NCBI GenBank assembly: GCA_035303295.1
Contig: DATGRU010000040.1
Span: 1 to 35,221, forward strand
Reading direction: 5' to 3'
Length of the DNA stretch: 35,221 nucleotides
Origin: Paenalcaligenes sp.
GTDB taxonomy: Bacteria; Pseudomonadota; Gammaproteobacteria; Burkholderiales; Burkholderiaceae_B
The stretch's first letter is position 1. Each line of letters starts with the position of its first letter. Positions 9,690 through 19,121 of the stretch are shown in pieces. Made by a program: the position numbers and the translations under genes. The notes under the pieces are model-generated. The model did not search any database and was not told the origin of the DNA. It saw only the letters and a program-made list of their open reading frames with translations.

Positions 9690-9927
9690 GTTTAGTCTCC
9701 TAAGTAATACGGTATCGATTCCTTGGCAAGTTACGCAACACACAACGGGCAGGAGCCCTACGATTGTGGAATCGGCCATGCGCACGTGACGGGAGGGAGT
9801 GAGGACGGGTGGTGCCAGAATTGGCTTGGTCTGTTTCCATGCTGGACGTCACGAGGTGCGCAGGCAGCGTACGACTATAACGGTATCGGATAGGCTTTAT
9901 TACTGGAAGCATCTAAGCATGGATAAG

Positions 9928-9951
9928 TGACATAACTAAAATGATATGACA
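9928..9951. promoter_or_regulatory. Palindromic operator upstream of the permease (copy 1)
   Basis: TGACATA-ACTAAAATGA-TATGACA; same geometry as 14410-14433. Confidence 0.6.
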
Positions 9952-10354
9952 CAAAAGTGCCAAATAAGGGGTCCCGTGAAGTCGCGTAATGTGGGCATTC
10001 CGATAGCTAACTGACCTCTGGGCGATAGGTCTAATAGGTCTGTAGTAACTGCTTGGGGTTATAACCTAATAGTCCTTATCACGAATTTATGTTAATGCCA
10101 TTTGTCGAGGTCTGTTTTGTGATTGATCAGAAGTGGGCGAGGTTGTTTTAACAAAGCCGAAAGGGTCTGCTCTAAATACCAGTTAGGCAGCGCTGGCAGG
10201 TGGTATACCTATGCTCATGCCTAGCATGCTTAATGCTTATTTCAGGATGGGGCGTCTCTGTTTGTGGATAGGTGCTTATTAACTAACTTCAGGATGGTTT
10301 TCTGTTTAAGGCTGGAAGCGTGTCAACGTAATTTAAGGCGGACTGTATATGTAT

Positions 10355-10384
10355 AAAAAAAGCCCCGACATTTCGGGGCTTTTT
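10355..10384. terminator. Intrinsic terminator after the tautomerase gene
   Basis: AAAAAAAGCCCCGA-CATT-TCGGGGCTTTTT. Confidence 0.88.
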
Positions 10385-10433
10385 AAGCAGCGCTGCAGAC
10401 CATGAGTGAGGCCATGGTATTTGAGCACGACTA

Positions 10434-10622
10434 TTACTTTTGTTCAGACCACAAGACGCCAGCCGTGGCCCAGTCTTCGCGTTTAACATCCACAAAAATA
10501 ATGTCTACGGCTTCAGGGGAGCAGCCTAGTACGCGGCAAGACTCGGCAGTTAGAGCCTGAGCCAGTTCGCGTTTGGTGTCGACGTCACGGCCTTCGAACA
10601 ATTTAACGGTGATAGAGGGCAT
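10434..10622 (-). CDS. 4-oxalocrotonate tautomerase-family protein
   Basis: 62 aa; Pro-1 after Met (MPSITVKLFEGR..KRELA), C-terminal DWATAG; SD AAGGA. Confidence 0.9.
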   Translation of the reverse strand: MPSITVKLFEGRDVDTKRELAQALTAESCRVLGCSPEAVDIIFVDVKREDWATAGVLWSEQK

Positions 10623-10649
10623 AAGTGTTCCTTGTGATGCGTTATGTGG

Positions 10650-11444
10650 TCAGGTGGCGAAGTCGGGTTCTTCGCGCAATAGTTTGCGTAATAAAGCGGC
10701 CCATTCTAGCTCGCCACTGGGTTTGGGGCCAAGCGCAAGACGAGCTTGTGTAGTTTCCAGCACATCGGGTTCGGGTAAGACGATGTGTTGGGAGGCGGCC
10801 ATCGCTGCGAGCTGAGTTTTGCAGGATTTATCCAGGTCGAACATCAGGGTGTAAGCTTCGGCCACCGTGCGACCACAGGTTAAGGAGCCATGGTTGCGCA
10901 GCATCATGGCGGGCTTATCGCCTAGGGCATCGAGCAATCGTTGTTGCTCGGCGGCGCTCAAGGCTAAGCCTTCATAATTGTGGTAGCCAATGCAATTCCA
11001 AAAACGCATCGCGTGCTGGGACATGGGCAGCAGCCCCTCTGGAAGCGCGGAAACTGAAATAACGGCATCGTTATGTAAGTGCATGACGCAGTGTGCGTCG
11101 GCGCGTGCAGCGTGTACAGCACCGTGAATGGCAAATCCAGTGGGGTTACCGCGGCGGTCGGTACCGTCGATGACTTCACCTTTGGTGTTCACCAACAGCA
11201 GGTTCGATGCGGTGATTTCCTCGAAACGTAATCCGTAAGGATTCATTAGATAAGCATCGTCGCGACCGGGTACCCGTAAGGATATATGGGTGTAGACCTG
11301 ATCGTCCCAGCCGTGTAAAACGGCCAAGCGATAACAGGCGGCCAAATCGACGCGGGCTTGCCATTCTTGCTGACTCACACTTGATGGGCGGGCAGCATAG
11401 AGCTTGCTGCTTGGGTCCAGACGTGGATCAGTGGGGGACATCAT
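10650..11444 (-). CDS. Class II aldolase/adducin-family protein, substrate unknown
   Basis: 264 aa; [49 protein letters not shown] metal ligands; ATGA overlap with the allA stop. Confidence 0.9.
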   Translation of the reverse strand: MMSPTDPRLDPSSKLYAARPSSVSQQEWQARVDLAACYRLAVLHGWDDQVYTHISLRVPGRDDAYLMNPYGLRFEEITASNLLLVNTKGEVIDGTDRRGNPTGFAIHGAVHAARADAHCVMHLHNDAVISVSALPEGLLPMSQHAMRFWNCIGYHNYEGLALSAAEQQRLLDALGDKPAMMLRNHGSLTCGRTVAEAYTLMFDLDKSCKTQLAAMAASQHIVLPEPDVLETTQARLALGPKPSGELEWAALLRKLLREEPDFAT

Positions 11445-11953
11445 AAAGTTGTGTGCTCCAGTTCGGCAATCGTAGCGGGTTGGTCTAAATTGATGACATC
11501 ACAGTTATCGCCCGGACCTTTACGGTCGATGACGATAAAGTCGGCGACTTGTTCAAGCCCAAGTAGGGGGTGATGCCATACGCCAGTTGCATAGTTTACA
11601 CCTTGGTCGCCGCGCGCCAGAAACAGGCGTAAATCGGATGCTGAAGGGGCGTCACCGGCAGGAGCTACGACCACTAAATAAGGATGGCCGGACGTAGGAA
11701 TGAATGCTTGACTGCCTTTAGGATGGCGCTCCATCATGGTGACAGTGAAAGGCAGGGTGCGTGGTAGGCCGCGGAAGATTGAGACAATAACTTCGCCGTC
11801 GGCGCCAGCATCGATTTTGGCTAGGTCGTGGTAGCGCTCGGTATTACCGTCGTTAATTGTGAAGTGATGTACGTCGTCAGACGCCTCAATAACATCACCA
11901 AATGGAGCAAACGCTTCACGAGTTAAGGTTTCGAGTTTTAATGTAATAGTCAT
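11441..11953 (-). CDS. allA: Ureidoglycolate lyase
   Basis: 170 aa; [57 protein letters not shown]. Confidence 0.93.
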   Translation of the reverse strand: MTITLKLETLTREAFAPFGDVIEASDDVHHFTINDGNTERYHDLAKIDAGADGEVIVSIFRGLPRTLPFTVTMMERHPKGSQAFIPTSGHPYLVVVAPAGDAPSASDLRLFLARGDQGVNYATGVWHHPLLGLEQVADFIVIDRKGPGDNCDVINLDQPATIAELEHTTL

Positions 11954-11976
11954 TTGTACATCCTAAGAGGGTTAAG

Positions 11977-13338
11977 TTAGGCCTGCGCAAGCAGTTCCTG
12001 ACTTAAAGCGTTATGAACCTGCACGATGCGTGACAGGTCGTTTTGGGTAAAACGGCCTTCCTCGATGACGAGTTTGCCGTTGATCATACTGTGAGATACC
12101 GAAGCGCTAGCACAGAGTAGGGTGGCTGCAAGCGGGTCGTGTAGAGCACCCGCAAAATTGAGCTGATTCAGGTCGAAAGCGATTAAGTCAGCCGCATAGC
12201 CGGGACTGAGCTGGCCAATATCATTGCGGTTTAGCACTTCGGCCCCGCCACGGGTGGCGACCCACAAGGCTTCGCGCGCTGAGAAAACACGGGGGTCTTC
12301 GCTGGCCACACGTTGTAATAGCATGGCTTGGCGTGCTTCGTTAATAAGGCTGCCACCGTCATTGGAGGCGCTACCGTCTACCCCTAGCCCTACTGGCACG
12401 TGTTTGTCGCGCATTTTACGAATGGGGGCAATGCCGGAGCCTAATCGCATATTCGAGCAAGGGCAGTGAGCTACCCCGGTACGGGTACGTGCAAAAAGGT
12501 CGATGCCAGCATCGTCAAGGTGAACGCAGTGTGCGTGCCAAACGTCGTTCCCGACCCAGCCAAGCTCTTCGACATACTCGGCTGGCGTACGGTTGAAGGT
12601 TTCGCGTGAATAAGCGATATCGTTTTGGTTTTCGGCAAGGTGCGTATGCAACGATACCCCCAGTTCACGCGCCAAAATAGCCGATTCACGCATAAGGTCT
12701 TGAGACACGGAAAATGGCGAGCAAGGCGCTAACACAATACGCAACATCGCGCCGTGGCTGTTGTCATGGTAGCGCTCAACGAGGCGTTGCATATCGTGCA
12801 AAATGACATTTTCGTCTTCGACAAGGGCATCAGGTGGTAGGCCCCCTTTGCTTTCGCCTACACTCATGGCACCACGACTAGCATGGAAGCGCATGCCCAT
12901 CTCTTGGGCTGCTTCGATGGTGTGGTCGAGGGTACAACCATTGGGAAATAAATACAGGTGATCGGAGGTGGTTGTACAACCGCTAAGCATCAGTTCTGCC
13001 ATGGCGGTTTGTGTGGACGCATGCAGCATGGGCGGCGTGATGCGGCCCCAAATTGGATAGAGGGTTTTCAGCCAACCGAATAGCTCTGCGTCTTGTGCTT
13101 TAGGCACGGCACGCGTCAAGCTTTGGTACATGTGGTGATGCGTATTGATAAGCCCGGGTAATACCACGTGATGGCTTAAGTCGATAACCCGGTCGGCCTG
13201 AATGTGTGCAACATCGTCGGCACTGCCCACGTATTCAATTTTATTATCCTGAATAACGATCGCAGCGTTTGTGATTTCGTCGCGCTGATCGTTCATGGTG
13301 GCGAGTGTATGGATGTTTTTTAGTAACGTTTTTGCCAT
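11977..13338 (-). CDS. 8-oxoguanine deaminase (amidohydrolase superfamily)
   Basis: 453 aa; PGLINTHHHMYQSLTRA, SGCTTTSDHLYLFP, LAPCSPFSVS, HTHLAE, HCPCSNMRLGSG, GVDGSASND; purine-catabolic context. Confidence 0.85.
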   Translation of the reverse strand: MAKTLLKNIHTLATMNDQRDEITNAAIVIQDNKIEYVGSADDVAHIQADRVIDLSHHVVLPGLINTHHHMYQSLTRAVPKAQDAELFGWLKTLYPIWGRITPPMLHASTQTAMAELMLSGCTTTSDHLYLFPNGCTLDHTIEAAQEMGMRFHASRGAMSVGESKGGLPPDALVEDENVILHDMQRLVERYHDNSHGAMLRIVLAPCSPFSVSQDLMRESAILARELGVSLHTHLAENQNDIAYSRETFNRTPAEYVEELGWVGNDVWHAHCVHLDDAGIDLFARTRTGVAHCPCSNMRLGSGIAPIRKMRDKHVPVGLGVDGSASNDGGSLINEARQAMLLQRVASEDPRVFSAREALWVATRGGAEVLNRNDIGQLSPGYAADLIAFDLNQLNFAGALHDPLAATLLCASASVSHSMINGKLVIEEGRFTQNDLSRIVQVHNALSQELLAQA

Positions 13339-13566
13339 GGCAAGACCTCAATCGTAAGTAGCCGATGCCTGATTAAAATCGTCGTGTGGCGTGACATCGG
13401 TTGCAGAAGTGTAAAGAACCAATGGACAGAGACGCGTACCGGCGTATAAAGATAGGCGTGAGTGTGCTTCCCCCTAGCGTGCGTAACGAATCAGCGAGTG
13501 AGTGTAACTGATCACCCAATGCGGATAAATGAATGCAGAGGCGTTGATGGCTGTAGTGGCGTTGAT

Positions 13567-13598
13567 AAAAACGGGGTAGCTATGTAGCCACCCCATTT
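13567..13598 (-). terminator. Intrinsic terminator between uraD and the deaminase
   Basis: On - strand AAATGGGGTGGCTA-CA-TAGCTACCCCGTTTTT. Confidence 0.75.
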
Positions 13599-13672
13599 CG
13601 CTATCTGACCACTGCTTGCGCGCCTACATTACACGTATTAATCAGCGATTGCTAAAAAATGTGTGCCGAGGG

Positions 13673-14203
13673 TTAAGCGCTGAACTGTGCGTCTAAACGG
13701 AAACGGGCGATTTTGCCGATTTCTTGCAAGCACTTATGGAACTCGTCTTCGGTTTTATTATGCAAACGCGCTTCAACGGCGTCCATGATTTGATAGCGGG
13801 TTAGACCTTTTACCGCGATTACAAAGGGAAAGCCGTGTTGTGCGCGGTATTTGCTGTTTAGGTCGCGTAAGCGCACGAGCTCTTCAGGCGAGCACTGATC
13901 CAGCCCCGCCCCTCGCTGTTCACCTGTGGACTCTTTAGTAAGAGTGCCGGCTTCGGCTTCTTTCCCTGCGAGTTCAGGGTGAGCACAGATAAGGTCAAGT
14001 TGCTCTTGGTGGCTAGCTTGCTCGACCGCTTGGATCATGGCTGCAAACAGGGAGTCTACCGAGTTAAAGGGGCGTTTCGCCCAGGCACGCTCGGCGACCC
14101 AAGGAGAGTGTTCGAAAATACCGTCGAGAGAACTGACGAACTGCTCTTGAGACTGTTCAGATAACTGGCTTAGAGTAGTCTCCGGGTTTAGAGTTTGTGT
14201 CAT
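13673..14203 (-). CDS. uraD: OHCU decarboxylase
   Basis: 176 aa; IFEHSPWVAE, AHPELAG, STGEQRGAGL, LNSKY...GFPFVIAVKG, IARFRL. Confidence 0.95.
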   Translation of the reverse strand: MTQTLNPETTLSQLSEQSQEQFVSSLDGIFEHSPWVAERAWAKRPFNSVDSLFAAMIQAVEQASHQEQLDLICAHPELAGKEAEAGTLTKESTGEQRGAGLDQCSPEELVRLRDLNSKYRAQHGFPFVIAVKGLTRYQIMDAVEARLHNKTEDEFHKCLQEIGKIARFRLDAQFSA

Positions 14204-14409
14204 GATGCTTATAGTCCGGTTTGGTTTATAAAAAGTTTAATTGATGACTATGCTGCGTAGACGTAACGCTAATACGATAAGAGTGCGCGTTTTGGTGAAA
14301 AGCGGGACTTCTTTAGTATAAGGTTGCGGCAGTCTTCTGATTGTTATCAGTGCGTACTCGTTCAGTTTAAGTATTCTGCTCATAAATAAAATAGAATTAC
14401 CCTTATAAC

Positions 14410-14433
14410 TGATATATGTCATTACGTATTTCA
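14410..14433. promoter_or_regulatory. Palindromic operator in the uraD/LysR divergent region (copy 2)
   Basis: TGATATA-TGTCATTACG-TATTTCA, about 50 nt upstream of the LysR ATG. Confidence 0.6.
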
Positions 14434-14482
14434 TCGAATAACGTTACACGTTGTCGTCTAACAAAACTTGAGGGAGGGGCCG

Positions 14483-15445
14483 ATGGCGGCAAGACGAGGA
14501 GATAATCCGCTAGACACCTACTTGTTGCGCGTGTTTTGTTTGTTAGTTACCGAGCGTAGCGTTTCGCGTACTGCGTTTAAAATGAATCAATCGCAACCCG
14601 CGGTCAGTGCAGCGTTACGCCGTTTGCGCGATATTATTGGTGACCCGTTGTTGGTGCGCGAGAAAGGGGGCATGGTACCTACCGAGCGGGCCATTGCGTT
14701 ACTGGCTCATGCTAAAGGAGCGCTGGCAGAAATCGATTGTATGGTTAATACGGAAGATAGTTTCGATCCGTTGGTTAGCCGCAGTGAATTCCATATCGGG
14801 TCGCCCGACTATTTAGCACCTATCTTTGTGGGCAGTGTGGTGGAACGATTGCGACGTGAAGCCCCCGAGGCCACCCTAAATCTGCATTCGCTAGATGCTA
14901 ATTTTGATTTCGAGCGTTCACTGGCCGAAGGCGAGCTGGATTTAGTGATCGGTAATTGGCCCGAGCCACCCGATCGTATGCACTTATCGATATTGCTTGA
15001 GGATCAGATTGTCTGTTTGGTGTCGGCGAATCACCCCTTGGTGCGTAAAGGGCAAATCACCATGGAGGACTACACCAAAGCACGTCATGTTGTACCCATG
15101 CCGTACTCTATTAATCAGCGAGGGGTGATTGATGTGGCCTTATCTGGCTTGCGTATACGGCGGGAAGAGCGGGTTTTGGTGCAATCTTTTGCTGTGGCGC
15201 CCTATTTGTTACAGAACACAGATTTAATTTTCACCACAACGCGCCATTTTGCCGAGTACTACACCAAACTATTACCATTGGCTATTTTAGAAGCACCGGT
15301 GGATTTTCCGCTGATGCGTTTCTACCAGCTATGGCACGAACGCAACCGACATTCGCCAAGCCACCGATGGTTACGACGCTTGCTTAGCGAGTGTGGTGCT
15401 GCGTTGACGGCACCCGCTTTGGATAAGCCCGTGATACAGCCGTGA
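14483..15445 (+). CDS. LysR-family regulator (NodD/DntR-like), probable purine-catabolism regulator
   Basis: LDTYLLRVF..ERSVSRTA..SQPAVSAALRRLR..GDPLLVR..MVPT, YQLWHER; ATG 14483 follows a GGGAGG SD; divergent from uraD. Confidence 0.92.
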   Translation: MAARRGDNPLDTYLLRVFCLLVTERSVSRTAFKMNQSQPAVSAALRRLRDIIGDPLLVREKGGMVPTERAIALLAHAKGALAEIDCMVNTEDSFDPLVSRSEFHIGSPDYLAPIFVGSVVERLRREAPEATLNLHSLDANFDFERSLAEGELDLVIGNWPEPPDRMHLSILLEDQIVCLVSANHPLVRKGQITMEDYTKARHVVPMPYSINQRGVIDVALSGLRIRREERVLVQSFAVAPYLLQNTDLIFTTTRHFAEYYTKLLPLAILEAPVDFPLMRFYQLWHERNRHSPSHRWLRRLLSECGAALTAPALDKPVIQP

Positions 15446-15463
15446 ATCAAGTTGCGATATCAT

Positions 15464-15537
15464 AGCCACGGCCCTGTTTTTCAGCTTTTTTCTTAATCAT
15501 TAATTAGGGAAACTACTGAGTAGGGCCGTGGCTTTTT
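15464..15537 (+). terminator. Long hairpin plus U-tract after the LysR gene
   Basis: AGCCACGGCCCT...AGGGCCGTGGCT followed by TTTT, with inner TCAG/CTGA and TTTCTTAAT/ATTAGGGAA pairing. Confidence 0.7.
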
Positions 15538-15636
15538 GTTACGTATGTATCGGCCCTCGCTGTCGACAGAAATGTGATTCGGTCGATAATGATTATTGCT
15601 TATCCGTGAATTGAGTTTTTAGTGTTTTCACCTCAA

Positions 15637-16761
15637 ATGTGGGATCCCCTCACGTTACTTTCTATTTGTGCTGTTGCCTTTTTTGTCGGTGGCTTGATCG
15701 TAATGTCCGAGCGCTGGCATGGAAAATTGACCGGCGATAGCGATATGTCTAAGCCTCAGGCGACGCACCTGCGTCCAGCCCCCAGAGTGGGCGGGCTGGC
15801 TATTCTTGCTGGCTCGTTGGCTGGGTTGCTGGTGCTGGGGCCTAGCAATATGACGCTAACGTGGCTTTGGCCTGTGCTTTTTGTGGCTGCCTTACCTGTT
15901 TTTGTAGCGGGCTTAGTGGAAGACATTACGAAAGACGTGGGCTCCATGAAGCGTTTGCTGGCAGCGTTTGCGTCGGCTGCAATTGCGTGGTGGCTATTAG
16001 GAGGTGTTTCGCGGGTAGGCGTGGGCTGGGCTGACGTGATATTGGGCTACTGGCCGATATCGCTGCTGTTTACCATGATTGCGGTTGGCGGCTGTACGCA
16101 TGCGTTGAATATTATTGATGGTATTAATGGTTTGGCCGGCATGATTGCCACCTTAATGGCTATTTCATTAGCATTGGTGGCATGGCAGGTGCAGGATTAC
16201 CCCATCTTTTTAATTGCAGCGGCATTGGCTTCAGCTACCTTGGGTTTTTTGGCGTGGAATTTCCCTTTTGGTCGTGTGTTTCTGGGCGACGGTGGGGCCT
16301 ATTTTTTAGGGTTCATGTTGGCGGAACTGGCGGTTCAATTGGTGGTGCGTAACCCCAGCGTATCCCCCTTCTATGCGTTGGCAGTGTTGTTCTACCCCGT
16401 GTTTGAAACCATGTTCTCGATTTGGCGCCGCAAATTTAAACGAGGGGTGCCCGTGGATCAACCGGATGCCTTACACCTGCACCAGTTAATTTTTAGACGC
16501 ATGGTTCGCGTGAGTGTGATGGCATCTAATCGTCGCTATGTGCCGCCTATGTCGATCGCGATGGCTTCCCCTTATTTGTGGGGTTTGGCGTTGGTGGGTT
16601 TAATTCCTGCCACCATTTGGTGGGACAACGCTTGGATTTTGTGCGCCAGTATTCTGACGTTCAGCATTTGTTATGTCTGGCTGTATTCGCGTTTAGTACG
16701 TTGGCGCCGGCCAGCTTGGTTATTGTTACCGTCGGTGCGACGTGCTCGTCGTAAACGATAG
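15637..16761 (+). CDS. Polyprenyl-phosphate HexNAc-1-phosphate transferase (WecA/MraY family)
   Basis: Multi-TM; [51 protein letters not shown]; start either ATG 15637 or GTG 15622. Confidence 0.9.
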   Translation: MWDPLTLLSICAVAFFVGGLIVMSERWHGKLTGDSDMSKPQATHLRPAPRVGGLAILAGSLAGLLVLGPSNMTLTWLWPVLFVAALPVFVAGLVEDITKDVGSMKRLLAAFASAAIAWWLLGGVSRVGVGWADVILGYWPISLLFTMIAVGGCTHALNIIDGINGLAGMIATLMAISLALVAWQVQDYPIFLIAAALASATLGFLAWNFPFGRVFLGDGGAYFLGFMLAELAVQLVVRNPSVSPFYALAVLFYPVFETMFSIWRRKFKRGVPVDQPDALHLHQLIFRRMVRVSVMASNRRYVPPMSIAMASPYLWGLALVGLIPATIWWDNAWILCASILTFSICYVWLYSRLVRWRRPAWLLLPSVRRARRKR

Positions 16762-16796
16762 TTTTTGCATTGTTATCGATGCTAGGGAGATTTACG

Positions 16797-18071
16797 TTGC
16801 AAGTAAAAGATATTCAGCTCGCTGTAATTGGCTTGGGCTACGTCGGCTTACCGCTGGCTGTGGAGTTCGGTAAAAAACGTCCAGTGATCGGTTTCGATAT
16901 TAATAGCCGACGTATCGATGAGTTAAAGCAGGGTGAAGACCACACGCTTGAGGTAGAGCCAGAAGAACTTAAGCAGGCTAGCCAATTACGTTATACCCAC
17001 GATGCGGCCGAATTGGCCGATGCTAATGTGTATATCGTTACGGTTCCTACGCCCATTGACGAATATAAGCAGCCCGACTTAACGCCTTTAGTGCGCGCCA
17101 GCGAAACCATCGCTAAAGTTTTAAAGCGTGGTGATGTAGTTATTTATGAATCTACAGTTTATCCGGGTGCCACGGAAGATGAGTGTGTGCCGGTGCTAGA
17201 ACAAGTGTCGGGCCTACGTTTTAACGAGGATTTTTTTGCGGGTTACAGCCCAGAGCGCATTAACCCCGGCGATAAAAAACATCGTTTACCCACCATTCGT
17301 AAAGTAACGTCGGGTTCAACGCCAGAAGTGGCCGAGCTAGTCGACCAGTTATACAAAGAAATTATCACTGCGGGCACCCATAAAGCGGCGTCGATTCGTG
17401 TGGCTGAAGCCGCCAAGGTGATTGAGAACACCCAGCGTGACGTCAACATTGCCTTAATTAATGAGTTGGCCCTGATTTTTAACAAACTGGGTATTGATAC
17501 GCTTGATGTATTAGAAGCGGCGGGTACCAAATGGAACTTCTTGCCCTTCCGTCCCGGTTTAGTGGGTGGTCACTGCATTGGCGTTGATCCGTACTACTTA
17601 ACGCACAAAGCTCAATCTATTGGGTATCACCCGGAAATCATTTTGGCGGGTCGTCGCTTGAACGACTCCATGGGTGGCTATGTAGCGTCGCAGTTGGTTA
17701 AGGCCATGACCAAAAAGCGTATTCAAGTCCAAGGCTCTAAAGTATTGGTCATGGGGCTGACTTTTAAAGAAAACTGCCCCGATCTACGCAACACCCGTGT
17801 GGTGGATATTATTCATGAGCTTGCTGAATACGATGTAAACGTGGATGTTTACGATCCTTGGGTTGACGCGGAAGAAGCCAAGCGCGAGTATGGCATCGAT
17901 GTTATCCAAGAGCTGGCACCCAACTCTTATGATGCAATGGTTTTAGCCGTGGCGCATGAAGACTTCGCCAAGATGGGTGTTGAAGCCATTCGTAAATTGG
18001 GTAAAGCCCCCCATGTGTTGTATGACCTGAAGTACGTGTTCTCCAGCGACGAAACAGATCTGCGATTGTAA
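16797..18071 (+). CDS. wbpO: UDP-N-acetylhexosamine C6 dehydrogenase (WbpO/TviB type)
   Basis: [63 protein letters not shown]; probable TTG start at 16797 after GGGAGA. Confidence 0.9.
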   Translation: MQVKDIQLAVIGLGYVGLPLAVEFGKKRPVIGFDINSRRIDELKQGEDHTLEVEPEELKQASQLRYTHDAAELADANVYIVTVPTPIDEYKQPDLTPLVRASETIAKVLKRGDVVIYESTVYPGATEDECVPVLEQVSGLRFNEDFFAGYSPERINPGDKKHRLPTIRKVTSGSTPEVAELVDQLYKEIITAGTHKAASIRVAEAAKVIENTQRDVNIALINELALIFNKLGIDTLDVLEAAGTKWNFLPFRPGLVGGHCIGVDPYYLTHKAQSIGYHPEIILAGRRLNDSMGGYVASQLVKAMTKKRIQVQGSKVLVMGLTFKENCPDLRNTRVVDIIHELAEYDVNVDVYDPWVDAEEAKREYGIDVIQELAPNSYDAMVLAVAHEDFAKMGVEAIRKLGKAPHVLYDLKYVFSSDETDLRL

Positions 18072-18090
18072 TAAAAAGCGAAGGTGAAGT

Positions 18091-19116
18091 ATGAGCAGTG
18101 CATTTGAACAAGCCCTTAGTCAACTTCGTGCCCAGCCTACACGTTGGCTGGTAACGGGGTGTGCGGGATTTATTGGGTCTAACTTGCTGGAAGTGTTGCT
18201 AAGTAATGGGCAGCAAGTGGTGGGTTTAGATAATTTTGCCACGGGACACCAGCATAATTTGGATGAAGTGCGAGATACGGTTGGGCCTGAGGCATGGGCA
18301 AACTTTCAGTTTATTGAAGGTGATATCCGCGATTTAGCAACCTGCCAACGTGCTTGCGAGGGTGTTCACTATGTACTGCATCAAGCTGCGCTGGGGTCGG
18401 TGCCCCGTTCGCTAAACGACCCGCTTACGACTAACGAGGTCAACATCAGCGGTGCGTTAAACATGATGGTGGCGGCACGTGATGCGCACGTACGGGGTTA
18501 TGTGTATGCCGCGTCAAGCTCTACCTATGGCGATCATCCGGGCTTGCCCAAGGTGGAAGATCGCATTGGTAAGCCCTTGTCGCCTTATGCTGTGACGAAG
18601 TACGTGAACGAGTTGTACGCGGATGTCTTCAAGCGCGCTTACGACTTTAATAGTGTGGGCTTACGGTATTTCAATGTGTTTGGGCGCCGACAAGATCCGA
18701 ATGGGGCGTATGCCGCGGTAATTCCTAAGTGGATCGCTGCCATGGTGGCCGGTGAGGCCATCACGATTAATGGTGATGGCGAAACCAGCCGTGATTTCTG
18801 CTATATCGATAACGTTATTCAGGCGAATATTTTGGCAGCCTTGGCTGAAGGCGAGGCCACCGCACAAGTCTATAACGTAGCGGTCAATGCGCGCACCACC
18901 TTGAACCAACTGTACGAGTATTTAAAGCTAACGCTACAGAGCAACGGCGTTGCTTACGATGTGGCGCCGGTTTACGGTGATTTCCGTGCGGGCGACGTGC
19001 GCCACTCTCAGGCTGATGTGTCCAAAGCACAAAAGCTGTTGGGCTACGCGCCGTTGTACACGATTGAACAAGGGTTATCGCAAGCCATGCCGTGGTACTT
19101 GCGGTTCTTAGCTTGA
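18091..19116 (+). CDS. wbpP: UDP-GlcNAc(A) C4 epimerase (WbpP/TviC type)
   Basis: 341 aa extended SDR; [56 protein letters not shown]. Confidence 0.9.
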   Translation: MSSAFEQALSQLRAQPTRWLVTGCAGFIGSNLLEVLLSNGQQVVGLDNFATGHQHNLDEVRDTVGPEAWANFQFIEGDIRDLATCQRACEGVHYVLHQAALGSVPRSLNDPLTTNEVNISGALNMMVAARDAHVRGYVYAASSSTYGDHPGLPKVEDRIGKPLSPYAVTKYVNELYADVFKRAYDFNSVGLRYFNVFGRRQDPNGAYAAVIPKWIAAMVAGEAITINGDGETSRDFCYIDNVIQANILAALAEGEATAQVYNVAVNARTTLNQLYEYLKLTLQSNGVAYDVAPVYGDFRAGDVRHSQADVSKAQKLLGYAPLYTIEQGLSQAMPWYLRFLA

Positions 19117-19121
19117 GCATC

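Noticed and set aside
9690-9785. 32-aa N-terminal extension of the permease in the ORF track
   Set aside because: A clear AGGAGA SD precedes ATG 9689 and the extension does not look like NCS2 sequence; similar over-extensions were trimmed for the second LysR, wbpO, the flippase, prs and pth
9181-9789. 202-aa + strand ORF, plus many other 60-170 aa antisense or alternative-frame ORFs across the window
   Set aside because: Shadows of well-supported genes, with no recognisable motifs
9709-9888. Direct repeat ACGGTATCG at about 9709 and 9880
   Set aside because: Only 9 bp in two copies; compatible with chance
9700-9912. 70-aa - strand ORF in the permease leader
   Set aside because: No SD and low-information Arg/Pro/Ser-rich composition; cannot be supported without ribosome profiling
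14237-14434. 65-aa ORF upstream of uraD as a leader peptide or missing HIU hydrolase
   Set aside because: No transthyretin-like motifs (no YRGS end), AT-rich, starts inside the operator dyad and has no SD
15563-15590. Possible promoter TCGACA-N16-GATAAT for the glycan locus
   Set aside because: Plausible, but both hexamers and the spacing are imperfect; too weak to call, and no ops/JUMPStart element was seen
16797-19116. Vi capsule locus, suggested by the TviB/TviC-like pair
   Set aside because: No tviD/tviE or vex export genes; the WecA-type initiator and flippase indicate a different assembly route
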